The notes beneath the pieces are model-generated. The model was not told the DNA's origin and did no database searches. It saw nothing but the letters and a program-made list of their open reading frames with translations. Positions 50,443 to 63,300 of a stretch of DNA of 64,000 bases are shown one piece after another. The stretch is from assembly GCF_018977255.1 (NCBI RefSeq), contig NW_024704742.1:111664001-111728000 (forward strand), given 5' to 3'. This DNA comes from Callorhinchus milii (Eukaryota). A program made the position numbers and the translations under genes. Within the stretch, counting starts at the first letter, position 1, and each line of letters starts with the position of its first letter.

Positions 50443-51669
50443 CCATGGCAAGTAAATTCAACTGATACCTCTCCCAAATCATTTTCTTTACAAGTTCACA
50501 AGACCTTGCATGCCCTTACAAGTGTGGCATTTCAAGTTTTTAAGAAAATACGAAGCAGCAAGATACTACCAACAAATTAAAGGTATTGAGCTCCACGTGT
50601 ACATAGGCTGCATATCTCACCCTCAACTACTCAATGAGTTCACTCGCTTTGAATTTGCCAGTACAATGTTAACAGAATGAGTCCTAATGGGTTAAATACA
50701 ATCAAACTGAGACCCCCTTCCACACACATATATATTCTTTTGCTTTGTTGGGGCAAAGTAACACTTTAAGGCTAATAACAACATAATAGCATAAACCTGT
50801 GAGGAAAAAATCAATTTGTAAGCAGAGATCACAGAGATCACAGGGAACCACTTTTCTGCTGAGTTTACAGCTTACCACAAATTACTCCTTATTAAATGTA
50901 TCAGATAGGAATAGTAATAATAAAAATATAGTACTAACTTTTAACATAGAGCCTTAGGTAATAAAAGTGCTTCACAATCTTTTCTGAAACATGTCGTGAT
51001 TGCGTATTTGTAGGCAAGCACAGGAGGCGATTTGTGTATCGTAACATCCCACAAACAGCCAGGAAATGAATACCTATTTTTTTCTGGAGGACTGTTGGCC
51101 ATTATAAACTCCTAGTATTGGCATTCATGTCAATGCAGAAAAACTGGCATGATGAGGAATTATGAGATGGAAAATATGATGTGTGATTTGATATTTATCA
51201 CAGGTGATAAGTTATCACAGCTCCGAATTTATAAGTGGGCTGCCTGAAGAATGAAGTGTTTTGAGTGCTTTTTCATAAGATACTGGCTCAGCATCTGTGA
51301 ACTAACACTCAAACACTGGGTTGTGGAAAGCTTCAGACGAGTATCAGGCCATCTATTGTACCAAAAGTCAGAGGCATTTATTACCCACAGCCAACTGACA
51401 ATTATTGCCTGGTTCAATAGTAGTTTCTGGTGATGTGTAAAGCTGTAAGAAAATCACTGGCTGCCTGTCCAACAACCTGCCCCACGCTTCCGTTGTAGCA
51501 TCTGCCTGTTCATCAACCCTTTCTGCGCTCTCCTCAGACCATCCATCTGTCAGTAGGATAGTCCAATTAGAGGATAGGATGGGTTGATTAACAGGTGGAT
51601 GGTCCAATGGTCCTTAAGTGTGAACTGACTGCACCAAAACAACATATTTAACAAACTGTGGCCACAAAT

Positions 51670-51925
51670 TTTAGACCAAAAAACCCTGACATTCTTACTC
51701 CTAAGTATCTGTGATATGGTAATCTCCATCCCGGAGCCCCCCAACTGGCTCCATCTTTATTTAAGGCCCATCTCAAAACATATTTCTTTGACCGCGCTTT
51801 CGGTCATCTTTCCCCTCCCCATGCCCTAGTCTGCCATCTAGGTGCCCAGCCAACATTGTCACGTGCCTTGAGATGTCCTCCCAACGGGAAAGATATTTTA
51901 CAACTATAAACTGTATTGTAATTGT
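51670..51925 (+). mobile_element. Older L2 3' fragment
   Basis: ctcaaaacatatttctttgaccgcgctttcggtcatct; gccttgagatgtcctcccaacgggaaag tail. Confidence 0.75.
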
Positions 51926-54540
51926 ATCACATAACATGTTGCATTTTCACCTCTATGTCTGCTATCTTTTTGCAGTTACGTAGAAGTGCATGCAGATGAC
52001 AAAGGATTTACAGTTCCAAATCAAAGAGGGCCTTATGAACAAAACAGTTTCGCCTTCAACTGACTCATAGCACAGATCATCCTTCTGAGAATATGTATCT
52101 CCCAGACAACCTCACTACCTTATGATATTTTTCCTCCTGCGCAGTATATTCCTTGGGAATTAGGTAGTTTTATTCATTTGAAACACACAGACCACAGAGA
52201 CAGCAGGGATTGTTTATGTGAGATCCATGATATATGTAATGTATTTTCATAGTTGGCTATTCTACAAATCTAGCAAAAACTCTGATAGACCTGTACGTTC
52301 ATTGTTTCCCCATCTATTAGTGAGTAGATGGGATCTGAGAATTTCACACATCCCAGCAGTGAATCTAGGCAATGAATAAATTATTTTAAGCAACCTAGAA
52401 CTTGGAGCCTTGAGCTACATTTTAACAAATATTCAGTGAGTTAGTTACATTCAGCGAAGCTATACTTCATTCTTGTGAGCTTTTAAGAATATACCAGTGA
52501 CTCACAAGAGCACCTATTTTACAATAAAACTATTCATAAACATATCAATGTGCTCCTTAAAAATTATTTCTGTCCAAAATAATTACAGACAAAAAAGCAT
52601 TTTCAGATATGTTGAAGGGAAATGAGCACGTCTGAAGCTTGTCAAAACTTAAACAATTACAGGGTACAAACAAACAAACACACAAAGCTGGTTAATACAA
52701 CAACAAGATCACATTTATATAGCACCTTTCACGTCGAGAGGACATCCCAATAAGAACATATTCTCTCCCAGCCACCAGTGAAAAGCAAATTAAAGACAAT
52801 TTATTTTCTGAATAACTCTTTTTAAGCTTTGCCCAATGCTTTTTAAGTTAGTCGGATGTATCAGATTTTGTGTAACATTCTGACACATCCCCGGGTAGGT
52901 TTCAGCACCACTTGAAGCTGCTGCAGATTCAAGTGCTAATGCAATGGTGAGGACAATCTCTAGGTATTAGCACTTTATCCCAACACTGCATTAAACTTAA
53001 AATCCTATTTGTATTTCAGTGTCATCGAGGCAAACCAGTTTAACCAATTTGGTGCTTTTCAATTGCTTGATCGGAGGATACAGGAAGTTTGCCCACCAAT
53101 GTGTGTTTCTGCACATGATTACACAGGCTTATTTAGGAAATTAGGGATGAGAGAAGGCCATTCAGCTCATCAAGCCTGCTCCATCATTTCATTAGTCCAT
53201 TACAGTCTTTAATCTGTTTAATCCCTGTTCTCATTATGCCTTAACATATTAATATTTAGGTATATATGTAAAGGTTGTGGGTTCAAGTCCCACGTGAGGA
53301 CTTGAACTCACACAATCTAAACTGACACTCAAATGCATACCTGTGGGTTGTGTACAAACATACAGGCACTCCACTTCACAATAAATCCTGTTAAGCATTT
53401 TGAGTCGTCTTTCTAATGTGAAAGGCACAAGACCAAATGCGAATATTACAGGATTATTTACCATCTGGATACTCTTCCCTCATGTCTTTTCAGAAACGAA
53501 CAAGGCAGGAAGCCAACTAGTTCAAGAGATGCCTGGAAGAAAATATCCATTAATTAATTGAAAATAATATGAGTTCGCACATTTCCTGTGTAATTTCCCT
53601 TTGTTTTCATATGGGTTTGCAATAAATGCATTTGTTATAGTTTATTTTAAACCAATAAAGATTAAATATTGTATTGCTGGTTAGAAATTCACACATTTCC
53701 CTTCTATTTTGTTGTATTATTTCAATAAATTTGCTCAATAATAGAGATTATTATTGCTTGGATTATTTTTGTATTTGTAAATGACAAACATTCATCACAA
53801 TACAAACTTTTTATTAATTTAAGATTGCATTAAACATTTCTCAAGGATTAGTACATATAATGCTATAGTTTTTCTTTATAATTACACAGGATTGCTTCTT
53901 ATAATACATTCCAAAGTATGTAGTAGCTACAGTTATTACAATAATGAGCAGGCGGGTGTTAGTATTTGTCAAGAGTTACAATAGTCTGGTGGAACCAGAA
54001 AGCTTATCATTATTCATGTGCATGGAGTACCCTTTGCTTGCCTATAAATTTTAGAATGGAGGATGAAATGTGATTGAACAGCTCAACTTTCCCTTCAGTT
54101 TTGAGTAATGTCCATTTGAATATTACTTTGATCAGCAAGTAAAGTCAAACATTTCTAATTTGGGATTAGAAAGTCTGCCATGTCAGAAATAATCTAAACA
54201 AATGAATATGTAATGGCTACCTAGAGAGGCAGGGAGAGAAATAGTGTCAGCAAATTCAAAAGGGAATTAGATAACAATAATAATAATAATGATAATAATA
54301 ACTTTTGATATAGCATCAATTTGCACAGATCAATGCCCCTTGTCAATAGGAACATAGGTACATAGGAATTAGGAACAGGAGTAGGCCATCCGGTCCCTCG
54401 AGCCGGCACCACCATTCAATAAAATCATGGCTGATCTTCTAACTTAACTCCATCTGCCCGCCTTATCCCCATATCCCTTAATCCCTCTATCCTTTAGAAA
54501 TCTATCAATCTTAGTCTTGAATATGTTCAAGGACTGAGCA

Positions 54541-55381
54541 TCTTACTTCAGGAAGGACATTAAGGCACTGGAAAGGGTGCAGAGGAGATTCACGAGAATG
54601 ATACCAGGAATGGGGAACCTTAGCTATGAGGACAGGCTGGAGAAGTTAGGACTTTTCCCATTAGAGCAGAGAAGGTCCTGTAGCTCAGTAGTTAGAGCAC
54701 TCGCCTTGCAAGCGAGACACCTGGGTTCAATTCCCGGCAGGGCGAAACCTTGGCCAAGTTTCCTTACTCCACATGCCTAATAATAATCCCTCCAAAACAA
54801 AAACAATAATAAATTGGGCATTTTCAATTCACGACTGTTTGTGGGACACTGCTGTGCGCAATTGGCTGCCGCGTTTCGCCCACAAATATACAGTTAATTC
54901 ACTTTACAGCATATTCTGTGAAGTGCTTTGAGATGTCTAGAAGACATGAAAAGTGCTATATCAAATGCAAGGATTATTATAAGGTTACGCAGGGACCTGA
55001 TAGAGGTCTTCAAGATCATGAAAGGTTTCGACAGGCTAGATAAGGAAAAGCTGTTTCCGCTGGTAGATGTGTCTGTGACCCGTGGTCACAGTCTTAAGAT
55101 ATCTACCAAAAGAAGCAGAGGGGAGGTTAGAAGAATTTTTTTCACTCAGCGAGTTGTTCGAATTTGGAATGATCTGCCTGAAAGGGTAGTGAAGTCTGGT
55201 TCGAAAACAGCTTTTAAGAGAGAACTGGATAGGTATCGGGAAGACGGGTTTGCAGGGTTAAGGGGAGAAAGCTTGTGATTGGGGTTAGTGAAAGTGACTT
55301 GTTCTGTCAAAGAGCCGGCACAGACTCAATGGGCCGAATGGCCTCCTTCTGTGCCGTAACATTCTATGAATCTATGAATCT
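54541..55381 (+). mobile_element. CR1 3' fragment nested in the minus-strand CR1 and itself interrupted by a SINE
   Basis: QRRFTRMIPGM..LGLFPLEQRR, then RLRRDLIEVFKIMKGFD; tail ttctatgaatctatgaatct. Confidence 0.95.
54675..54980 (+). mobile_element. tRNA-Ala SINE, short form, nested in CR1
   Basis: Complete copy; AAGG(T) at 54672 and 54981 flanks it. Confidence 0.96.
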
Positions 55382-57514
55382 ACAGCCTTCTGGGGTAGAG
55401 AATTCCATAAATTCTGAGTGAAGAACAACTCTGTTAGAAAGGGCTGACCCTTAATCTTAAGACTGTGACCCCTAGTTATAGATTTTCCTACTAGGGGAAA
55501 TAGTCTTGCACTGTCTACACTGTCAAGCCCAAAAGAATCATATATGTTTCTATAAGATCACCCCTAATTCTTCTATATTCTAGAGAATATAGGCCTAGTT
55601 TACTCAACCTATCCTCATAGATCAATCCCCTCATCCCAGGAACTAACCTAGTGAATCTATGCTGCATCCCCTCTAAGGCAAGTATGTCTTTTCTTAAATA
55701 AGGAGACCAAAACAGCACACAATATTCTAGGTGCAGTCTCACCAAGACCCTATACAGTTGCAGCAAGACTTCCCTACTCTTGTATTCTAAACCTTTTGCA
55801 ATAAATGCCAACATGCCATTAGCCTTCCTAGTTGCTTGCTGTACCTGCATACTAATTTTTTGTGACTGGTGTACAAGGACACCCAAATCACTCTCAATAC
55901 TAACACTATCTAGTCTCTCCCCTTCTAGAAAATAATCTGCTTTTCTGTTTTTACTGCCTAGGTGAAAAACTTTACATTTCCCCACATTATATTCCATCTG
56001 CCACCTTCTTACCCATTCATCTAGCCTATCTATATCCCTTTGCAATCTGTTTGTGTCATCCTCAAAGCTTACTCTCTCACCTAGCTTAGTATCATTCGCA
56101 AATTTAGATATTTTAAGTTCTATGTCCTCGTCCAGATCATTGATATAGATTGTAAATAGTTGAGGCCCAAGCGCTGATCCTTGTGGCACTCCACTAGTCA
56201 CCACGAGTCCCATCTTGTCAATCTGAGAAGGACCCGTTTATCCCTACTCTCTGTTTTCTTCCCGTTGGCCACTCTTCGATCCATGCTAATATATTGCCTT
56301 TAATTCCATGGGCCCTAATCTTGTGTAGCAGCCTTTTGCGTGGCACCTTGTTGAACGCCTTCTGAAAAACTAAATATACTACATCTACTGGTTCCCCCTA
56401 TCTAAGCTGCTAGTTACATCCTCAAAAAACTTTAAAAGATTTATTAAGCATGACTTTCTTTTTGTAAAGCCATGTTGACTCTGCCTAATCATATTATGGT
56501 CCTCTAAGTACCTGACTACAACATCCCTAATTAAGGATTCTAGAATTTTCCCTACCATCGATGTCAGACTAACTGCTTTATAGTTCCCAATCTTCTCTCT
56601 CCCACCCTTCTTAAATAGTGGTGTTATGTTTGCAATGAGTAACTAATTATATTTTGTAGGGGTATTATTGACCAGGACACTGACATGAACTCCCTTGTCT
56701 TTTCAAATAGTACAATGTGATCTTTGTACAAAGAAATGTTTTTGATATAGCATCTTTCACATTGGTGTGACATCTCAAAGCACTTCATAAGATATACTGT
56801 AAAGTGGAGTGATTATAGTTTTTGTGAGAAAAATCTATTGAGAGGCATGAGAGACAGGGTTGTATACATTTCATTTTTATTTTGTGACTGTCAGAAGGTT
56901 CACAATGATCTTTCTGTCCTGTTCATTTCTATATTCAGCGTTGGGCAGTTCTTTTTCCTGCAGCAAAAGCGATATATTTAGAAACAAATAGTAAATATAG
57001 GATCAATGTGACCTGTTATGAGAGGTGATTGGGAAACATCCGGCAGTATAAGCGTAGGATAATCTTGGATTAGAAAGTCTGCCATGTCAGAAATAGTCTA
57101 AACAGGTTGACCAAAAAAATTTCCTAAGTGCGTTAGGAAAGGAGTACCTGAGCTTAGTTTCCAGCAGAGATCAAAAGCAGCCAGACAGCTTTTTAACCTT
57201 TACTAAGGTCAAATGATACTTATGCAGAATTTATACTGCATCAGCAATTTTTACCTCCTGGACCTCTTCTCCAAATTAATTACCACTGGGCTGGAGAGAG
57301 CTGTATATCAACATCTGCTTTCCCATATGGATATTTGGCTCAAGCACTCTTTTCCTACAAGCAATGAAGTATTGGTAAATCTGAGATTAATATTTGAACA
57401 TGCTTTCTGTCAGCAAAGAGTTGGAGGAGAGATGTAAAATGCCCACAAATTGTATTAGCATCCCTTCCATTCCTAGTGTTTACGAATGAGTGTTCAACCT
57501 GGTTAACATACATA

Positions 57515-57780
57515 TTTTTTTGCTTTTTTGGTAAGCCAAATGCCTGATACATGCAGAAACCCATCACCATACTTAAATGTATACAAACCAGACTTAGAGT
57601 TCCACCTATGTATACCACCCACACATGGAAATTTCCCTTTGTCTGGAATGGAATGCATGCTCTCTCCCTGGATGGATGCACTCTGCTTAGCTCATTCTGG
57701 AGAGTATCAGGCACAGGTTGGCAAGAGCTTGGTGATTCTAGAGGTTGCACTGGGGTATTGCTAGAATTCAATCAGCTAAA
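57515..57780 (-). repeat. Unclassified ~600-bp repeat, copy 6 (3' part)
   Basis: atgcagaaacccatcaccat..caaaccagacttagagttccac..catggaaattt..tggaatggaatg; T-rich start is the A tail on minus. Confidence 0.8.
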
Positions 57781-58120
57781 TACAATACAACAACAAATTG
57801 CATTTATATAGCACCTTTCACTTCGGGAGGATGTTCCAAGGTGCTGGATAGTGAAGGGTTAGTGAAGGGGGCTGGAGGTGGATGGATGAAAAGGAACAAC
57901 TTGAGACGGGCCTTGAAGGAGGCAAAGGGACTCGGGGATGGAGGTCCAGAGATGAGGGCAGAAAGGCTAAAGGCTCAACTGCTAATGGTGGGCCAGGCAG
58001 AATGGGGGACAAGGAGCAGACCAGTGCTAGCCGAGCGAAGGGAGTGGACAGGTTGGTTAGGTTTTAGTAGGTTGCAGAGGTAGAGAGGAGCAAAACTGTG
58101 GAGGGCTTTAAAAGTGAAGC
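57781..58120 (-). mobile_element. L2 3' fragment
   Basis: caacaacaaattgcatttatatagcacctttcacttcgggaggatg; gggcagaaaggctaaaggc. Confidence 0.82.
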
Positions 58121-59282
58121 AAGATTACATAGTTTATAGAATTTATAGGGGTCATCTGAAACTTTGAGCCTAGATAACTATTAGATACATTTAAATGATG
58201 GAAAATTAAAATGTAGTTGATGGAACCAAATACTGCATTTACACTAAAATTGCTATGTAACCATGGAAAGTAAGATTTATATTTATAAAGTGCTTGTTGT
58301 AAGCGATAAAGATTATAATCTGAATTACAGGCGCAGCCTCAGGTCCAACAAATATTCTGGCAAATATTTAACAATTGTAAACAAAAGGATATCATTGTCA
58401 GAAACAGAGTGTTTCTCAGCAGGGGATAGATTAATAACCTAGAAGGGGGAGGGAGGAAATACTTTTGCTCTTTCCCTCTCCCCACACATTGGAAGATAGG
58501 AACAGGAGAAGGCTATTCAGTACGTTGAGCCTATTCTGCTGAAGTCGAGCAAAGTATTATTACCATGTGTGCCAAATGCTTCAATTTATTTAAGAAATCT
58601 GTAGAATGGGTGCAAAGAATCTTTGGGCATGATTCCTGAAGCAATTGAGATGGCATGGTAAATTAATAATGGGGTGTAAAACACAAACTGGAAGCTATTG
58701 AAACTTCTATTGTGATTGCTGGTGGGATTTAACATAGAATTGAATCATAGAATTTTACAGCATAGGAAAACCCATTCAACCCATCAAGTCTGCAGTGGCT
58801 TTCACAGAAAGCTATTCATTCAATCCCACTGCCCTGTCTTATACCCATACCCCTGCAAGCCTCGAATGGCTCAGAATCAACTAGATGTATTATTGCCAAA
58901 GAATAATAAAGAACTCAGTGTCTACCAACAATAACCTATTGATGAATGTGGGAAACTCTCCTTTGCTTTAAGTAAATCAAAACAGCAGTACTACCTGCAG
59001 TGGAAACTTCTACAGCATATTTCACACCATCTGGTCATTATTACCATGCATAGTATTGTCATGAAAACGATCAACAGCATATGAATTTTGATCTGCTATT
59101 GGTTAATATTCTTCATTGTTTTTTTATATACACTCCACATGTAGGCAACTGCTGGTGTATAAAGAAATAAAAGTAAATAGCAGTAAGCAGTGGCTCAGCT
59201 GCTACTGAAAAACCTGAGTGACATTGAACTGCATCGACTTCGATTCTGAACTAAGTACAAATGGGATACATCGTCCCCATCG

Positions 59283-59356
59283 TAATTTATTTTTCATTAA
59301 CCGTTACTGAAAGTACTTTGGACCGCACTTTCAGTGAGATTAATGGAACAAAATTA
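59283..59356. other. 74-nt long hairpin in unique sequence
   Basis: taatttatttttcattaaccgttactgaaagtac / loop tttggacc / gcactttcagtgagattaatggaacaaaatta. Confidence 0.6.
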
Positions 59357-60924
59357 GTGTTGGTTTATAACATGTTTGAGGTGATATTTATTGCATTGAT
59401 CAGACATTATAAAGCAGCACAAATTTCACTCCAGGTCATAGTGCTGGGACACAGGGTTCAACAATGCTGGGCTCAATCACTTGCTTTTTATAATAAAGAG
59501 GGTCGGAGGAAGATTTATTGAGTGTTGTTATTGCGTAGGGTCACTGAATGTATCAGCCAAACGTTTTCAGCCCATCCTGTACAACTCACCAATTTAGCCC
59601 ACACACCCACACACCTGTTTCTAACTTTTGACCCCTTCCTCAGGGCATCATTAATGCTTTTTCATCCCACAATAGATCTGATGACCAACGGGTAGATGAT
59701 CTCCCACAGAAATTAAGAGTAGAGTTGAAGTTGGAGCATATTGTAAGATGTTAAGGATTTGAAAGTACGTAAACCTGTTTTAACTGAGTTTAAAATATGT
59801 ACTTCTGATCCCTTTGTTCATTATGTGGTTGTTCCTCATTTAAAGTTCACTGTTAATAAAACTATTTTTAAATCACTGGTATCAAACACACAAGAAAAGA
59901 ATAGAATAATTGTCGATATACACAAGCTGTAGGAACCCACACTTACCGCATGTTACCACATAGTACTAACCTTCACCGACTGCTGTGTTATTAGTTCTCT
60001 AAGTATTTACCTGTGTTATTTTTAGTCTGGGTGGCTTTGTAATAAAAGAACAGTCTGTCTCAATGATGTGTTATAAAATTATAGCTTCAAGTCTACAGTC
60101 TGCACTCTTTCTCTTTGTTGAATAAAAGACAAAATGCAGATTGAATTTTATTTGTGTAATTCTCTCTGTCGCTCCTCTGTTTAATACAATAATTACTGAG
60201 TAAAATGTTAATTTAGTTTACATTGATATTGGTTGTTAAATTTCAATGTCATTTGTAAACCTGAGCAATTCACATTTCTGGTACAATTTGGTCTGCAGCT
60301 GACAGTATAAACAGTTTGGACTCTGCTTACCAGCCTGCCAGTGACATCCACAGCATCTTGTTATTTTGTTGGTCAATTTCCAGTTTGAGAGGAAACTGAT
60401 GCAATAAATGTTGTGGTCAATTTCTACACCCCTCTTTTGCATCTCAGATTGTATGTGGGTCAGACCAATTACAAGCTGACATCCCCACAGAAAGGCATCC
60501 AGTGATGGATGGGATTCTGATGATGGCTAAGAGGCTTAGTTGGGTGAACATCAACTGCAATTTAAGGTTTAGATTAAAGGAAGTTCATTGTCTTTTAATG
60601 TTGGAAAAAAGAAGGAAGAGAAACAAAGTGTAAAGGATTTTAGTCACCAAGATCCTCTATTTCATTACATGTTGATATGACATTTAAACTACGTACTTCT
60701 ATACAAGGAGATAACAAATAGCACTAGTTCATTTGTTAACTATCTTTATCCTCCTGCCCTCTTGATTTCCAGTTCATATAATAATTTTGCAATGGGAGTA
60801 AACAACTTCTCTCACAATGATTCATTATTTCCAAGTTTTTCTATTGACACTTTTTAGAAACAATGAAATGAAATGGGTCTGATATGTGATATTTCATAAT
60901 GATATTTTTAATAAAGGATCTGAG

Positions 60925-61360
60925 GTATAATACAGTTTATATTTATGTAGTGTCTTTCATGTCGGGAGGAATTCTCAAAGTGCTTGGAACTATTGGTTGA
61001 GCAGTTGGGAACCAAACAGTTGGGAAGGGGTAAAATGACCAAAAGCGCGGTCAAAGAGGTTTGTCTTGAGACAGGCCCAGAACAAGGGGAGGGGGGAGGG
61101 CGTAAGTCAGAGGAACTCCAGTGAGCGAAAGGCTGAAAGTCGACTGATGGTGGAGTGAATAAGGTGAGAGACATGTTCACTGATAGGCATCCTGAGACTG
61201 GTGCAGGAGAGCACACAGTCTGCAGAATTCTGGATGGTCTTTGCAGAGAAGAGCTGCGCTGTCTGGTGAGCAGGACACCGGCGTAGACAAGCCTGGATGT
61301 GATAAAAACGTGGATGAGGTCCTGACAGCCCAAGAGGAGAGTTAGTAGCAGAGGTGCGCA
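60925..61360 (-). mobile_element. Old L2 fragment with internal deletions
   Basis: LIHVFITSRLVYAGVLL, IQNSADCVLSCT and an L2 tail. Confidence 0.8.
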
Positions 61361-62914
61361 ATGAGTCTCACAAAATGAACTTCCTCTGGTAACTTAGAGT
61401 ATGTCACACAGACTTGCAGGGACTCCACTCTACCTTCTTCCAGAGGAGTTTCTGCAGGGATAAGGGGAATTCTAATAGGATTCTTCATTAAGGAATACCA
61501 CAAACTAGATCCCGAGATTACTATGTGCAACATCAGTATTGTATTTTGGTAACTCGTACGGATGAGCTAATGGTAAATCGGTAAGAGAAACTGGAGTGAG
61601 TTATCAGTTTATCATCAGTGGACTTGCAGCAGGTTTCATAAAAGGCTTTGTGTGAAGCAGATCACATTTTTTCCAGGGTCACCTTCGACCCACCCACTTC
61701 CGTTATTTTGAGTGTGCCGATTCTTGGTCATTTCACTTCATCTGTGCAAGCCAGGTTTTCCTAAAGCCAAACTATTAACCGTTCACTGTTAACATGTGGG
61801 TGCATTTAGGAAAGCTTCAGTGTCCTGGATTCTTTCCAAATAAGCCTCCTGTCTCGCAGCTGTCACCCACAGCAATAGCCATTAATCAGGAACCGGAACT
61901 GGTCACAACTGTGTGGTCCTCTAGAAGTGAGAAGCAGATAATGCTATCTTGCTTTGCCTCTTCTACCATCACTTGTCATTAATGCACCAAGAGGGAGTTA
62001 CAAAAGCATGGGAGAAATTTCAAGGAGTTGGGATGTGACAATGGGGCAGCTTGTGAAACAATTGTATTAGTGCTTATTGCCAGTCATTTTTATAATAATA
62101 ATCCTTGTATTTGGTATAGTGCCTTTCATGTCGGTTGTCTCAAAGCACTTCATTCTAAAATTTACTGTCAAATGTTGTGACTGTGCATATATTTAGGCGA
62201 ACAATCATTGGGAATTCCAATGGGATTCCTTACAGATCACTTGTTATGATAGAAGAAATAAATGAGCCCTTCCCCTGGATGTTGGTTTAGAAGTAATGTT
62301 CTTCTACCAAAACACAATCAAAACAACTTGCACTTATATCATACCGTTCATGTGCGTAAACATCCCAAAGCGATGTGCAGAGATGGAGTGGGATCCTAAG
62401 CATGGTGTGAGATAGCAAAACTTCAGTCAGAGAGTCAGACAGGCTTTGAAAGCAAATATGGAGTAAGAGAGGCTGAGGCATTTAAGGATGAGGCATTGTG
62501 TTTGCAATTTCACCCACCAATTGTGGGATGGCGGGATAGGGTTAGAATGAACTTAAGAATTTTCCATAATTCTACAGTCTTAAATTTTAAACAAAATGGT
62601 CATAAACGTTAAGATGCAAAGGGATTTTGGACCATTTTTGTAACAGTGGGATTGAAAACAATGGTATTTGTAATGGGATTCAAAAAGGACTTGTAAATAT
62701 AAAGTCCTGCCAATAATCAGATATATGTCATTCATCTTTAAGGACTCCACTGTAATACATCCGGAAGGAGATCACATCCTGCAGCTTGGTGTGACACACA
62801 TCTAGCATTTATGACAATGTCAATATTTCTGAATCTTCCACAAATCCCATTTGTGACTCCAACATTTTACAACCCAGTGTCATTGTGGAGAGTTGTCATT
62901 AATTGCATTTAATT

Positions 62915-63300
62915 ATAATAATATGTAATCCTTGCTTTCAATACAGCATCTTATCATATTGTGTGCCTCACAAGTTTTCAAACTGCTGTGCCTGTGCATT
63001 TATAGGTGAACATGAAAGCAATTTATTCACAAACACCCATGAAGGGAATGACTAATCTTATCTGGAGTAATGTTGGCCAGAACACCAGGAGTAACTCTCT
63101 TCTTTAGAATTATGCAACGGGATCCTTAACATCCACTTGAACAGGTGGGCAGGACCTTAGTTTAATGTCTCATCTAAGAAGACAGCACTTCCAACAATGT
63201 AGCACTCACTCAGCACTAGAACTATAAGCTCAAAATCTTGATATGAGGTTTGACCCCACAACCTCTGACTCAGAGGAGTCTGAAGCAACTGAAGCAAGCT
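62915..63300 (-). mobile_element. Deu-domain SINE, near full length
   Basis: gttggccagaacaccaggag..gggatccttaacatccacttgaacagg..gtttaatgtctcatctaagaagacagcacttcc..ctctgactcagagg. Confidence 0.83.

Larger units (their letters stand above)
54347..56635 (-). mobile_element. CR1 LINE (RT domain to 3' UTR), interrupted at 54541-55381
   Basis: ORF 55515-56213 GVPQGSALGPQLFTIYINDLD..KFANDTKLG (FADD mutated to FAND); 3' UTR aacataggtacataggaattaggaacaggagtaggcc. Confidence 0.96.

Noticed and set aside
51470..51620. Possible RTE-like C-terminal remnant (DHWTIHLL) on minus
   Set aside because: Similarity too weak to support
52901..52917. REST/NRSE site TTCAGCACCAC
   Set aside because: Left half-site only; no GGACAG half
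938..54980. Functional tRNA-Ala genes
   Set aside because: Every tRNA-like head runs into the same SINE body without a poly-T terminator
60331..60395. Minus-strand micro-exon FPLKLEIDQQNNKMLWMSLAG, faintly like a YWTD propeller repeat
   Set aside because: Weak acceptor, no YWTD motif, no companion exons
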